Of a stretch of 58,539 nucleotides of DNA, positions 10,410 to 19,769 are shown piece by piece (positions within the stretch are counted from its first letter, which is position 1; the number at the start of each line of letters is the position of its first letter). Position numbers and translations under genes: made by a program. Below the pieces are notes generated by a model. That model ran no database searches, was not told where the DNA came from, and saw nothing but the letters and a program-made list of their open reading frames with translations. Source of the stretch: an uncultured Gammaproteobacteria bacterium (GTDB lineage: Bacteria > Patescibacteriota > Patescibacteriia > Patescibacteriales > UBA12465); NCBI GenBank assembly GCA_964408775.1, contig CAYPAP010000003.1:47615-106153 (forward strand), written 5' to 3'.

Positions 10410-10436
10410 TTTATCTTTCAATGATAAAATTAAAAA

Positions 10437-10463
10437 ACCAATCTATAAAAGATTGGTCTTTTA
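10437..10463 (+). terminator. Intrinsic terminator after pilin gene 2
   Basis: accaatc/gattggt stem followed by cttttaatttt. A very similar hairpin follows pilin gene 3. Confidence 0.6.
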
Positions 10464-10514
10464 ATTTTATTAAAAATATGTTAATATTTTGTTATATAAT
10501 TAAATTATTTGTTC

Positions 10515-11603
10515 ATGAATAAAAAAAGGAAAGTCGGCTTTACTCTAATAGAGCTATTAGTAGTAATCGCCATAATTGGTATTTTAGCTACTCTAGCTGT
10601 GGTATCCCTACAAAACGCTAGAAAAAATGCTAGAGACGCTAAAAGAATAGCTGATGTTAAACAAATGCAAACGGCATTAGAATTATATTATAATGATACG
10701 GGGGTGTATCCGCTAACTGGAGAAATAGATAGTACTATAGCTACCGGAGGATTAACCTATATGGCTACTGTCCCAACAGCACCCACTCCAGCAGATGGAG
10801 ATTGTGAGGAAGGTGATAATACTTACACTTATACCTCTGCTAACGGATCGACCTATGCCATAGGCTTTTGTATTGGAAGTAATATTTCTGGATTGTCAGC
10901 TGGATTGAAAATAGCTAGTCCCGTGGGCGTAGCCTCTCCTCCTCCCGACGCTTGTAACAATGAAACATCTTTTGTTGATTCAAGAGATGGTAGTTCCTAC
11001 CAGATAGTAGCAATTAATAATCAGTGTTGGATGGGAGAAAATCTAAAGTATGATAATGGATGTTCTTCGGTCACCTGGGTTAATGATGTTGATGAGGGGT
11101 GGTGTGGTTGTAAATACAATTCTCTTAGCAATTGCGATCTTGATGGGCGGTTTTATCAGTGGAGCGCGGCTATGAATGGATCTGTAGTGGAAGGTGATCA
11201 GGGTATTTGTCCTGAGGGTTGGCACATTCCTTCTTTTGCTGAATGGACAGCTTTATATGATTATGTAAATAGTATATCTACGTATAGATGTAATGATACT
11301 AGTGGTTACATAGCAAAATCCTTAGGGGCTATTGACCTACCCTTTACTAGTGCCGTTGCCTGTGCTTTGGGTAATAATCCGTCTAGTAATAATTCCACTG
11401 GCCTTAATATTAATCTCTATGGAAAAATTTATTCTTTTAGTGGAACACATGGTGATGCCGGTTTTTCTAGGTTTTGGTCCTCATCTGTTTTTAATAGCTC
11501 TAATGCTCGATATGTTTTTGTAAGATGGGATAGACCTGAATTTTTTTACGATATTTATTCGCTTAAGTCTGAAGGTTATCCAGTACGTTGTATTAAGAAT
11601 TAA
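10515..11603 (+). CDS. Pilin-like N-terminus fused to a FISUMP (Fibrobacter succinogenes major paralogous)-type domain
   Basis: [10 protein letters not shown] prepilin motif. The C-terminal ~200 aa carry FYQWSAAM, CPEGWHIPS and GYPVRCIKN, characteristic of the TIGR02145-type domain. ATG 10515 is preferred over TTG 10509. Confidence 0.75.
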   Translation: MNKKRKVGFTLIELLVVIAIIGILATLAVVSLQNARKNARDAKRIADVKQMQTALELYYNDTGVYPLTGEIDSTIATGGLTYMATVPTAPTPADGDCEEGDNTYTYTSANGSTYAIGFCIGSNISGLSAGLKIASPVGVASPPPDACNNETSFVDSRDGSSYQIVAINNQCWMGENLKYDNGCSSVTWVNDVDEGWCGCKYNSLSNCDLDGRFYQWSAAMNGSVVEGDQGICPEGWHIPSFAEWTALYDYVNSISTYRCNDTSGYIAKSLGAIDLPFTSAVACALGNNPSSNNSTGLNINLYGKIYSFSGTHGDAGFSRFWSSSVFNSSNARYVFVRWDRPEFFYDIYSLKSEGYPVRCIKN

Positions 11604-11634
11604 GTGTGTTTTTTATTTTTTTATTGTTGTTTTT

Positions 11635-11662
11635 AAACCAATCTTTTACAGATTGGTTTTTT
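11635..11662. terminator. Hairpin terminator between pilin gene 3 and the convergent tRNA cluster
   Basis: aaaccaatc/gattggttt stem flanked by A-rich and T-rich tracts. Usable in both directions. Confidence 0.6.
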
Positions 11663-11667
11663 GTATG

Positions 11668-11740
11668 TGCGCCGTGAAGGGCTCGAACCTTCGACCTTCT
11701 CCTTAAGAGGGAGCTGCTCTACCAACTGAGCTAACAGCGC
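11668..11740 (-). tRNA. tRNA-Lys (CTT)
   Basis: The reverse complement gives GCGCTGT acceptor / TAGCTCAGTTGGTAGAGC D-arm / CTCTTAA anticodon loop / GGTTCGAGCCC T-arm. No encoded CCA. Confidence 0.85.
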
Positions 11741-11747
11741 GCAAGAG

Positions 11748-11824
11748 TGGTGGCTGGGGAGGGGATTGAACCCTCGACCTTAGCGTTATGAGTGCTACGC
11801 TCTAACCAACTGAGCTACCCAGCC
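11748..11824 (-). tRNA. tRNA-Met/Ile2-type (CAT)
   Basis: The reverse complement is GGCTGGGTAGCTCAGTTGGTTAGAGC...CTCATAA...GGTTCAATCCCCTCCCCAGCCACCA. CCA is encoded. Confidence 0.85.
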
Positions 11825-11884
11825 TTTATTTAATTGAGTGTAGGTCGTTTCGCTACGTTATAACGGTTTTACGGCGGACCGTAG

Positions 11885-11958
11885 TGTGTCCAGCAGGATT
11901 TGAACCCACAACCTCCTGGTCCGAAGCCAGGCGCTCTATCCAGTTGAGCTATGGACAC
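11885..11958 (-). tRNA. tRNA-Arg (TCG)
   Basis: The reverse complement is GTGTCCATAGCTCAACTGGATAGAGC, then CCTGG-CTTCGGA-CCAGG anticodon arm, then GGTTCAAATCC T-loop. Confidence 0.85.
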
Positions 11959-11968
11959 CAAAAGGAGC

Positions 11969-12286
11969 CTAAGGTTTTTCCTTTAAAGCATCCTTTAATT
12001 TCTTTCCAGTCTTGAATTTAGCCACTTTTACTGCTGGAATATTTATTCTTTTGCCTGGATTTCTCGGGTCAACTCCACCTCGAGCATATCGGTTTTTCAC
12101 TGAGAAGGTCCCAAAGCTAGTTAATTTAACAGTTTTACCTTTACCTAATTGGTTGATAATTGTTTCAATTATTTTTTTGATGAGACCCTCGGTTTCTCTT
12201 TTATTTAAACCAAAATCATTCTGAGAGCTTATTATCTCTGCTAATTCTTTTTGATTAATGATGTTTTTTTTATCTGGCATATTCAA
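11969..12286 (-). CDS. HU/IHF-family DNA-binding protein (N-terminally extended paralog)
   Basis: 105 aa. SFGTFSVKNRYARGGVDPRNPGKRINIPAVKVAKFKTGKKLKDAL is a typical HU beta-arm. Its start overlaps the rny stop by 17 nt. Confidence 0.85.
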   Translation of the reverse strand: MNMPDKKNIINQKELAEIISSQNDFGLNKRETEGLIKKIIETIINQLGKGKTVKLTSFGTFSVKNRYARGGVDPRNPGKRINIPAVKVAKFKTGKKLKDALKEKP

Positions 12287-13784
12287 TAACTCTTAATTCC
12301 CTGATGATATTTACTTTTATTTCACCGGGGTATTTTAATTCTTGTTCAATTTTTTTGGCTATTTCTCTGGCTAGGTCGTATGATTTTAGATCGTCAACTT
12401 TTTCTGGGGAAATAAATATTCTAACCTCTCTTCCGGCTTGAATAGCGTAACTTTTTTCAACACCCTCGAAAGAATTAGCTATTCCTTCTAGTTCTTCTAA
12501 TCTTTGAATGTAATTTTCGTAAGAATCATGTCGGGCTCCTGGTCGTGCTGAAGAGATTGCGTCAGCTGTTTTTACTATTATGGATAATAGGGTGGCTGGA
12601 TTATCGTCATGATGAGTAGCAACCGGGGCTATTATTTCTTCGGACATGTTGAATTTCTTTAAGATATCTCGTCCAATTTCAGTATGGTTGCCTTGAACCT
12701 CATGGTCGACAGCCTTTCCAATATCGTGCAAAAGACCAGCCTTTTTAGCCATATTAGCATCAGCTCCTAACTCTCTGGCCAACATTGCTGATAAATGAGC
12801 CACCTCTATGGAGTGCTCTAGGGCATTTTGACCATAACTAGTGCGATATTTTAATCTTCCAATTATTTGAGTTAGTTTTGGATCAAGGGCTGGGATGCCT
12901 AGCTCATAAACAGCGGTATCTCCTGCTTTTTTTATATCAGTTGATAGCTCTATTTTAGCCTTATTAACAGCATCTTCTATTTTTGTTGGGTGAATTCTTC
13001 CGTCCTTTATTAGATATTCCAGGGCTCTTTTAGCGACATGTCGTCTAATAAGAGAAAATCCTGAAATAGTGATAGCGTTTGGAGTATCATCTACGATTAT
13101 CTCTACGCCTGTCATTTGTTCGATTGATTTAATGTTTCGTCCTTCACGTCCGATTATTCGCCCCTTCATTTCATCACTGGGCAAATCAACTGTTGTGGTG
13201 GTAAGCTCAGCTGTGTAATTTGGAGCTAATCTTTGGATAACAAAAGCTATCATATCCATAGCCTTTTCCTTGATAACTTCCTCGGACTCATTTTTTAATT
13301 TATTTATTCTAGCTAGTAGGTCTTCGCTATTTTTTTCTTCAATATTTTTTAGTAATATCTCCTTGGCTTGTTCTGGTGTTAGCCCAGCAATTTTTTCTAG
13401 TTTTTTTATTTGTTCTTCTTTTATTTCCTTAATTTTTTCTTTTATTTCTTGAACTTCGTTTACTTTGTCGTATAATTTTTGTTGTTTTTCCTCTAAAGCT
13501 AATAGTTTTTGAGAGAAAGAGGTTTCTCTTTCTTCTAACCTTCTTTGCAGGTCGTTTATTTCTTTCCGTCGAGAGGCTTCTTCTTTTTTAGCCTCTTCTA
13601 TTATCTTAAGGGCTTTTTCCTGGGCTTCTAATTCGAATTTTTTTTGTTTAGCCTTGGCGTCATTTATTATTTTTTCGGCCTTACTTTCAGCTCCTTCTAT
13701 TTTAGAGGAAGCAGACTTTTTAAAGTAGATAAAACCAACGATAAATCCAACAACAACCAGTGCTAAATAGATAGCATATTCCAT
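12270..13784 (-). CDS. rny: Ribonuclease Y
   Basis: 504 aa. N-terminal TM helix, long coiled coil, KH domain (GRIIGREGRNIK) and HD domain (LLHDIGKAVDHE). Confidence 0.92.
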   Translation of the reverse strand: MEYAIYLALVVVGFIVGFIYFKKSASSKIEGAESKAEKIINDAKAKQKKFELEAQEKALKIIEEAKKEEASRRKEINDLQRRLEERETSFSQKLLALEEKQQKLYDKVNEVQEIKEKIKEIKEEQIKKLEKIAGLTPEQAKEILLKNIEEKNSEDLLARINKLKNESEEVIKEKAMDMIAFVIQRLAPNYTAELTTTTVDLPSDEMKGRIIGREGRNIKSIEQMTGVEIIVDDTPNAITISGFSLIRRHVAKRALEYLIKDGRIHPTKIEDAVNKAKIELSTDIKKAGDTAVYELGIPALDPKLTQIIGRLKYRTSYGQNALEHSIEVAHLSAMLARELGADANMAKKAGLLHDIGKAVDHEVQGNHTEIGRDILKKFNMSEEIIAPVATHHDDNPATLLSIIVKTADAISSARPGARHDSYENYIQRLEELEGIANSFEGVEKSYAIQAGREVRIFISPEKVDDLKSYDLAREIAKKIEQELKYPGEIKVNIIRELRVIEYAR

Positions 13785-14101
13785 ATTTTTCTATTCTGTT
13801 TTAGGAGTGATAAAAACAACAAAACTAGTCAATAGTATTTATTTCTATTGAGTTTTTTTCTTTATTTTTATAATATTTAATATTTTTATTGGAGGCAGTC
13901 ATTATCATTATTTCCTAAAAACAGGCTTTAATTTTTAATTTATTTATTTTAGAAGGATTATTAATAGTTAATCCTTGCTCTTAGCTTAGCACAAGATTTT
14001 CTCTTTGTAAAGAATGGATTTTGCTTATTTTTTGGTGTTTTTTTGCTTAATTATTTTTTTTATACTATAATATGGGTATAATTATTTAATTTGATAATAA
14101 A

Positions 14102-14857
14102 ATGTCAGTTAAAAAGCTGGTGGCCTTATTTCATTTATTTTTTTTGCTTGTTTCATTTTTGGCCTTTTTTGAGCCAAAGCTTTTTTATTGGTGCGTATTA
14201 TTTTTCAATTTAATATTTTTATTGTTTAACAATCGTCTGGGTAGGCTGATTAATTATAAAAAAAATATTTTTTATTTAATATTGCCTTGGATTTTTCTAA
14301 ATAGTTTACTTTTCTACTCCAGTCTGTTAGTTAATAAATTTTTAATTATTATTTTTTTAACTCTAGGAGTATTATTATCTTTTTATTATTTTGTCGGTCT
14401 TAAAAAACATTTATCCCGAAGGTCGTCTCATTCATCTGGTAACTTTTTTGTCTGGACCGACGTTCTTGGTCTGCTGTTAGTTTTTCTTGTTTCTTCTTTT
14501 ATTTATGGGCTAAATTATTTTTTAAGTGTATCTGGTTTGTTTTCTAATTTGGTAATTATTTTAGTTTTGCTTTTGTCCGTTTGGCAGAATATTTCAGTTA
14601 TAGTAAGGGATTATAGAAGTATAATTTTTTTATCATCTATTTTCCTTTTGGGCATTATTCCTTTAATTATTGCTTTATCCTTTTTGCCTTTTAATTTTAA
14701 TGTTTTAGGACTTATTTTGTCTGTTTCTTATTATTCAGCTTTGAGCTTTCTTAGGTTTTATTTAACAAAAAGCTTAACAGTGAAAAAAATAAAATTTAAT
14801 TTATTATTTATATTTGCCCTTTTATTGCTTATTTTTTTAACAGTAAAATGGCGTTAA
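14102..14857 (+). CDS. Polytopic membrane protein, unknown function
   Basis: 251 aa, very hydrophobic (about 7 predicted TM segments). No recognisable motif. Confidence 0.6.
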   Translation: MSVKKLVALFHLFFLLVSFLAFFEPKLFYWCVLFFNLIFLLFNNRLGRLINYKKNIFYLILPWIFLNSLLFYSSLLVNKFLIIIFLTLGVLLSFYYFVGLKKHLSRRSSHSSGNFFVWTDVLGLLLVFLVSSFIYGLNYFLSVSGLFSNLVIILVLLLSVWQNISVIVRDYRSIIFLSSIFLLGIIPLIIALSFLPFNFNVLGLILSVSYYSALSFLRFYLTKSLTVKKIKFNLLFIFALLLLIFLTVKWR

Positions 14858-14864
14858 TTTTATT

Positions 14865-15980
14865 ATGAGTACAAAAAAATATTATTGGGGAATATTAGTA
14901 GCTTTAATTATTATCATTATTTTAATTTTGGGGAATATTTTTTGGTCTTCTCGTCTTTCTCAGTATCAGACGGGTAGTTTTTGGAATTTTAATCAAGATA
15001 TTAATTTATCATCTCCTCAGTATAGTAGTGCTGGATTTATAATTCAGGGTCCTCGTCGAGTTTATATTAACCAAGATTTAAAAATTGAAGAAAACTTAGC
15101 CTATTTTAATGAAGCTGTTTTGGGTGTTTTTTTGAAAAACGAAGACGCTAAGTTGGGTTATGTTGTTGATAATGAGTTATTATCAGGATTAATTATAAGT
15201 AGCGATGGTTGGGTTTTATTAAATTCCTTGGGGCAGGAGGGTATTGTTAATAGGATTCTACAGGATAAAGCATCTTATGTCGTAGTAGCTAAAAAAGATA
15301 ATAAGATTTATGAAATAGAGGATTTTGTAAAAGCGTCTTCCTCGGGCTTGTCTCTTTTGAAAATTAAAAATTCTAATAGCTTCCCAGTTAAAAATTTTAT
15401 TAACACCTCTAGCTTGAGAAACGGTCAGAGTTTACTGGCATATAATTTTTCTGGTCAAGTCTCAGTTAATTTCCTAAGCTCTATTGAGTCTGGTTCTAAC
15501 CCTAAGTTATTCAGAAGTTTTAAAAACAATATTTTATTAGACTCTCCTTTGGGGGCTGATTTTAGGGGTGGATTTGTTTTTGATTTAAGTGGAGACTTGT
15601 TAGCCTTAATAGGGAATGATTCAAGGATTACACCAGTTCATGATTTTCGCCCCTATATATTTGGCTTTCTGAAAAACAAAGAATTCCAGGTGTTTGATCT
15701 GGGTGTCCATTATGTTGATTTAAGGGACGTAATTATAGAGGGAAAGCCAGCTTATGGTGCCCTGATTTATAACAATGGCCTACCAGCCATTGTTGAGGGT
15801 AGTTTAGCTGAGTCAGCGGGCTTAATGGACGGTGACGTTATTACTAAAATAAATAATTATGAAATTAATAATTATAGTAGCTTAAATGATGTTTGGAACA
15901 ACTTTGTTTCCGGCGATAAGTTAACAATCTCGGTTTTAAGAGATAGCGAGATTATTGATTTGAAAATTGAAATTAAATAA
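14865..15980 (+). CDS. HtrA-like trypsin-fold plus PDZ protein, probably non-catalytic
   Basis: 371 aa. N-terminal TM anchor. C-terminal PDZ (GALIYN...AESAGLMDGDVITKINN). The GNSGG Ser-box position reads GADFRGGFVF, with no Ser. Confidence 0.6.
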   Translation: MSTKKYYWGILVALIIIIILILGNIFWSSRLSQYQTGSFWNFNQDINLSSPQYSSAGFIIQGPRRVYINQDLKIEENLAYFNEAVLGVFLKNEDAKLGYVVDNELLSGLIISSDGWVLLNSLGQEGIVNRILQDKASYVVVAKKDNKIYEIEDFVKASSSGLSLLKIKNSNSFPVKNFINTSSLRNGQSLLAYNFSGQVSVNFLSSIESGSNPKLFRSFKNNILLDSPLGADFRGGFVFDLSGDLLALIGNDSRITPVHDFRPYIFGFLKNKEFQVFDLGVHYVDLRDVIIEGKPAYGALIYNNGLPAIVEGSLAESAGLMDGDVITKINNYEINNYSSLNDVWNNFVSGDKLTISVLRDSEIIDLKIEIK

Positions 15981-15983
15981 TTT

Positions 15984-17156
15984 ATGAAGTTAAAAAGCTT
16001 GAGAAAAAATAATAAAATTTTTAATAATAAAATTGTTTTTTTGCGATCGGATTTTAATGTTTCTTTGGCCGGTGGTAAAATAAAGGAAGACTTTAAAATA
16101 AAGCAAAGCCTAGAGACAATACATTTTTTATTAAAAAATAATTGTAAAATAGTTTTAGCTAGCCATTTAGGACAGCCTAAAAATGGTTTTGATAAAAAAT
16201 ATTCCTTGTCTCCTGTGGCCAAATACTTAGAAAGAGTTTTGGACGAGGAAATAGTTTTTTTTGATTATCAGAAATTCCCTAAAATATCTGAAACTAAAAA
16301 AGAAATTTTTTCTAACAATAGCAAAATCTTTCTTTTGGATAATTTGAGATTTTATAACGGAGAGGGAAGGGATTGTAAGCGCCTTGGTAAGTCTTTAGCG
16401 TCTTTAGCTGATGTTTATGTAAACGATGCTTTCGCGGTTTCCCACCGAGCTAATTCCTCGGTTTCAGCTATTAGAAATTATCTCCCATCCTTTAGTGGTT
16501 TATTATTAGAAAAAGAGATCTCTAGTCTTGATAAAATTTTAAAACCAAAAAAACCCTTTGTTGTTGTGATGGGCGGTGCTAAAATCTCTACCAAAATCCC
16601 AATAATTAAAAAGCTCTATTCTCAATCTTCTCAAATTTTATTAGGAGGCGCCTTAGTCAATAATATTTATTTAGCTCAGGGTTTTAATATTGGAAAATCT
16701 CTAGTGGACAAAAATATCAAAGGTTTGGATAATAAGTTTTTGAAATCAAAAAAAATTATTTTGCCAATTGATGTGATCGTGAAAACTGAAATTTCTAAGA
16801 AAAATACAGAAATTAAAATTAAAAAAATTTCAGATGTTTCTGATAATGATTATATTCTAGACATAGGACCTAAAACCATCCTATTATTTTCCAGGTATAT
16901 AAAAAAAGCGCAGACTATTGTTTGGAATGGGCCCTTAGGAATGTTTGAAGATGATAGCTTTAAGAAAGGAACAGTAGTGATAGCTCATGAAATCGCAGCT
17001 CGTTCTAGCGGCAAAGCCTTTGGTGTGGCTGGTGGTGGAGAGACTGTTGAGGCTCTAAATTTATCAGGCATGGGTCAATATATGGACTGGGTATCTACTG
17101 GTGGTGGAGCAATGTTATCTTATTTAGCTGGAGAAGATATGCCCGGAATAAATTAA
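15984..17156 (+). CDS. pgk: Phosphoglycerate kinase
   Basis: 390 aa. RSDFNV, SHLGQP, NDAFAVSHRANSS, and the C-terminal GGGETVEA...STGGGAMLSYLAG. Confidence 0.92.
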   Translation: MKLKSLRKNNKIFNNKIVFLRSDFNVSLAGGKIKEDFKIKQSLETIHFLLKNNCKIVLASHLGQPKNGFDKKYSLSPVAKYLERVLDEEIVFFDYQKFPKISETKKEIFSNNSKIFLLDNLRFYNGEGRDCKRLGKSLASLADVYVNDAFAVSHRANSSVSAIRNYLPSFSGLLLEKEISSLDKILKPKKPFVVVMGGAKISTKIPIIKKLYSQSSQILLGGALVNNIYLAQGFNIGKSLVDKNIKGLDNKFLKSKKIILPIDVIVKTEISKKNTEIKIKKISDVSDNDYILDIGPKTILLFSRYIKKAQTIVWNGPLGMFEDDSFKKGTVVIAHEIAARSSGKAFGVAGGGETVEALNLSGMGQYMDWVSTGGGAMLSYLAGEDMPGIN

Positions 17157-17184
17157 TATATTTATTAATAATTAATATAAAAAT

Positions 17185-18447
17185 ATGAGCAAAATAATAA
17201 AAATTACAGGAAGAGAAATTTTAGACTCTCGAGGCAATCCTACTGTGGAGGCTAAGGTTTTTCTAGAAAATGGTATTTGGGCCAAGGCCTCAGCTCCTTC
17301 AGGGGCCTCAACCGGTCAGCATGAAGCCCATGAATTAAGGGATGGCGATAAAAAGCGTTATCGAGGCCTAGGGGTTCTAAAGGCTGTTAAAAACATTAAT
17401 GGCCCCATAGCTAAGACCTTAATCGGAGAGAGCGCCTTAAATCAAGGGAAAATTGATAAGAAAATGATAAAATTAGATGGGACTAAAAATAAAAAGAAAA
17501 TAGGGGCTAATGCTATTTTGCCCGTTTCTATGGCTGTAGCTCGAGCTGGAGCGTTAACTTCCGGGCAAGAGCTTTATCAGTATTTAGCAAAATCTTTCGG
17601 CTTTGATAATAAAAAATTTAAACTTCCAACCCCTTCCTTTAATGTTTTTAATGGAGGGAAACATGCTGACACTAATTTAGACTTTCAAGAGTTCATGATA
17701 GTTCCCAATGTTAATATTACTAAATTTTCTGAGAAACTTAGAATGGGTTCAGAGATATTTCATGAATTGGGTAAGGTTTTGAAAGAAAAACATTTAGACA
17801 TTGACGTTGGTAATGAAGGAGGATATGCTCCAAATATTGATTCTACAATTGATGCTATTAAGTATATAATATCAGCCAGTAAGAGAGCTGGGTATGATAT
17901 GGGAATGGATGTTTTTATGGGAACCGATGTTGGATCTTCGGAGCTTTATGATAAAAAAAGAAAAAAATATATCTTTGATTTAGACGGAGCTAGTCTAAAC
18001 TCTTATGACCTTATTACTCTTTATCATGATTGGGTTAATAAATATTATTTTATGTTTATTGAAGATGGTTTAGCCGAAGATGATTGGGATTCTTGGAAGA
18101 CAATGACCAAGGAATTGGGTTCTAAGGTTATGTTGATTGGTGATGACTTGTTTGTTACTAACAAGGAAAGATTGAAAATGGGAATAAAAAATAAGGTGGC
18201 CAACACTATTTTAATAAAGCCAAATCAGGTTGGTAGTATAACTGAAACAATGGAAACAATAAAATTAGCTCAGGCTAATAATTATAAGCTGATGATATCT
18301 CATCGTAGTGGAGAGACCTGTGACGATTTTATTGCTGATTTAGCGGTAGCTGTTTCAGCCGAATTTATAAAATCAGGCTCTTTAAGTCGAGGTGAGAGAT
18401 TGGTTAAATATAATCGTTTATTAGAAATTGAAGAAAATTTAAGATAA
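17185..18447 (+). CDS. eno: Enolase
   Basis: 420 aa. GREILDSRGNPTVEA, SGASTG, IKPNQVGSITET, SHRSGETCD. Confidence 0.95.
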   Translation: MSKIIKITGREILDSRGNPTVEAKVFLENGIWAKASAPSGASTGQHEAHELRDGDKKRYRGLGVLKAVKNINGPIAKTLIGESALNQGKIDKKMIKLDGTKNKKKIGANAILPVSMAVARAGALTSGQELYQYLAKSFGFDNKKFKLPTPSFNVFNGGKHADTNLDFQEFMIVPNVNITKFSEKLRMGSEIFHELGKVLKEKHLDIDVGNEGGYAPNIDSTIDAIKYIISASKRAGYDMGMDVFMGTDVGSSELYDKKRKKYIFDLDGASLNSYDLITLYHDWVNKYYFMFIEDGLAEDDWDSWKTMTKELGSKVMLIGDDLFVTNKERLKMGIKNKVANTILIKPNQVGSITETMETIKLAQANNYKLMISHRSGETCDDFIADLAVAVSAEFIKSGSLSRGERLVKYNRLLEIEENLR

Positions 18448-18456
18448 TAATTTTGT

Positions 18457-19308
18457 ATGGCTATAGATAAAAAAAAGATGTTAGTGTTTCTATTGATTGA
18501 TGGCTGGGGGTCTTCTGCTAGTATTGAAAATAATGCCATTAGAAAGGCTGATGTTTCTGGGTTTAAAAATTTAGTAGCTAATTATCCCGCCACAATTATA
18601 ATGCCACCGAATGTAAAGGTTAGCGAAGGCTATAAGTTGCTTGGCTTAGGCAAGAAAAATATTAAAGAGGATACAGCTAATTTAGGTTTGTCTAAAATAA
18701 TATCTCGCTCTAATTTAAGTCAATTAAAAATTGCTAATAGCGAAGATTTTCCCTTGATTTCTGTTTTTTTGAATAGTTCTGAGGTGAGGTTTTTGAATGA
18801 AGATTGGGTTATTTTTGATGATAAGCCAGACTCTATTAGATCATTTTTGTTTAGGAATAATTTAAATGACAAGCTTATAAAAAAAATAAAGTCAGGTAGC
18901 TATAATTTTATCGTTTCGTCTCTCTCTTATATTAGCAAGGTTTTGTATAGTGGTGATTTTGCTGCTATAGTTTCGGCAGTAGAGGAGGTTTCTGTCTATT
19001 TAGATAAGATTGCTAAGGTTGTTTTAAGTATGGGGGGGACATTGGTTGTCTCTGCTACTTATGGAGGAGCCGAGGATGTTTTTAATATAGGAACAGGGTT
19101 GTCTAATAAAAAAAGAAGCTCCAATCCGGTGCCTCTTATAGTTATCGATCAAAAGTATAAAGGTAGAGTAATTGAGTCAGGGGAAGCCCCTAATAACGAC
19201 ATTAGTTTGCTTTCTCCGGCCGGAGATTACTTGGATATAGCTCCAACGATTTTGAAATTATTGGGACTAAGAATCCCAGAAGAAATGGAAGGGAAGCCCT
19301 TGATTTAA
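18457..19308 (+). CDS. iPGM (GpmI)-related alkaline-phosphatase-fold protein that lacks the phosphotransferase domain and several metal ligands
   Basis: 283 aa. It aligns by eye to both halves of the iPGM phosphatase domain (LLIDGWG, KVSEG, SQLKIANSE, NPVPLIVI, DIAPTILKLLGL). ADHGN is replaced by ATYGG and the PDMVGH region is lost. Confidence 0.65.
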   Translation: MAIDKKKMLVFLLIDGWGSSASIENNAIRKADVSGFKNLVANYPATIIMPPNVKVSEGYKLLGLGKKNIKEDTANLGLSKIISRSNLSQLKIANSEDFPLISVFLNSSEVRFLNEDWVIFDDKPDSIRSFLFRNNLNDKLIKKIKSGSYNFIVSSLSYISKVLYSGDFAAIVSAVEEVSVYLDKIAKVVLSMGGTLVVSATYGGAEDVFNIGTGLSNKKRSSNPVPLIVIDQKYKGRVIESGEAPNNDISLLSPAGDYLDIAPTILKLLGLRIPEEMEGKPLI

Positions 19309-19321
19309 CAAAAAATAGACT

Positions 19322-19765
19322 TTAATTTGATAAAATAAAAATAATAACTCCGACCGCAATTCCTAAAAGTATGCCAGCTAAAACCTCAACCTTAGTATGC
19401 CCAATCTTTTCTTTTAAGATTGGGTATTTTTCATCCAAAAATTGATCTTCCTTTAGGTCCTTGATGAGAATATTTAATATAGCTCCTTGTTGACCTAAAT
19501 ATTGACGCAATTTCAAAGCATCGTTTATAACAATCACGGCAAAGGCTAGTGTTAGGGCAAACAGAGGTGATTGCATACCTTCAGCTAAGCCAATAATAGT
19601 TACCAGAGAGGCAACAAAAGCGCTGTGGCCAGATGGCATGCCGGCATAAGACATCCTGAAGAAGTCTTTGATTTTCATCTTATTCCTTTTTCTTAGAAGT
19701 ATTTTGATTATTTGAGCGATGCTGGCAGAAATAAAGGGGGTTAAAATTATTATGTATAAATTCAT
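19322..19765 (-). CDS. Divergent PAP2/DUF212 (YuiD-like) membrane protein
   Basis: 147 aa. The YAGMPSGHSAFVASL motif is typical of the acid phosphatase/vanadium-haloperoxidase-related DUF212 family. Confidence 0.75.
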   Translation of the reverse strand: MNLYIIILTPFISASIAQIIKILLRKRNKMKIKDFFRMSYAGMPSGHSAFVASLVTIIGLAEGMQSPLFALTLAFAVIVINDALKLRQYLGQQGAILNILIKDLKEDQFLDEKYPILKEKIGHTKVEVLAGILLGIAVGVIIFILSN

Positions 19766-19769
19766 ATTT

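Noticed and set aside
11825-11884. 60-nt spacer between tRNA-Met and tRNA-Arg as a possible extra small RNA
   Set aside because: It has only a 4-bp acgg/ccgt hairpin and no tRNA-like arms. It is most simply a processing spacer in a tRNA operon.
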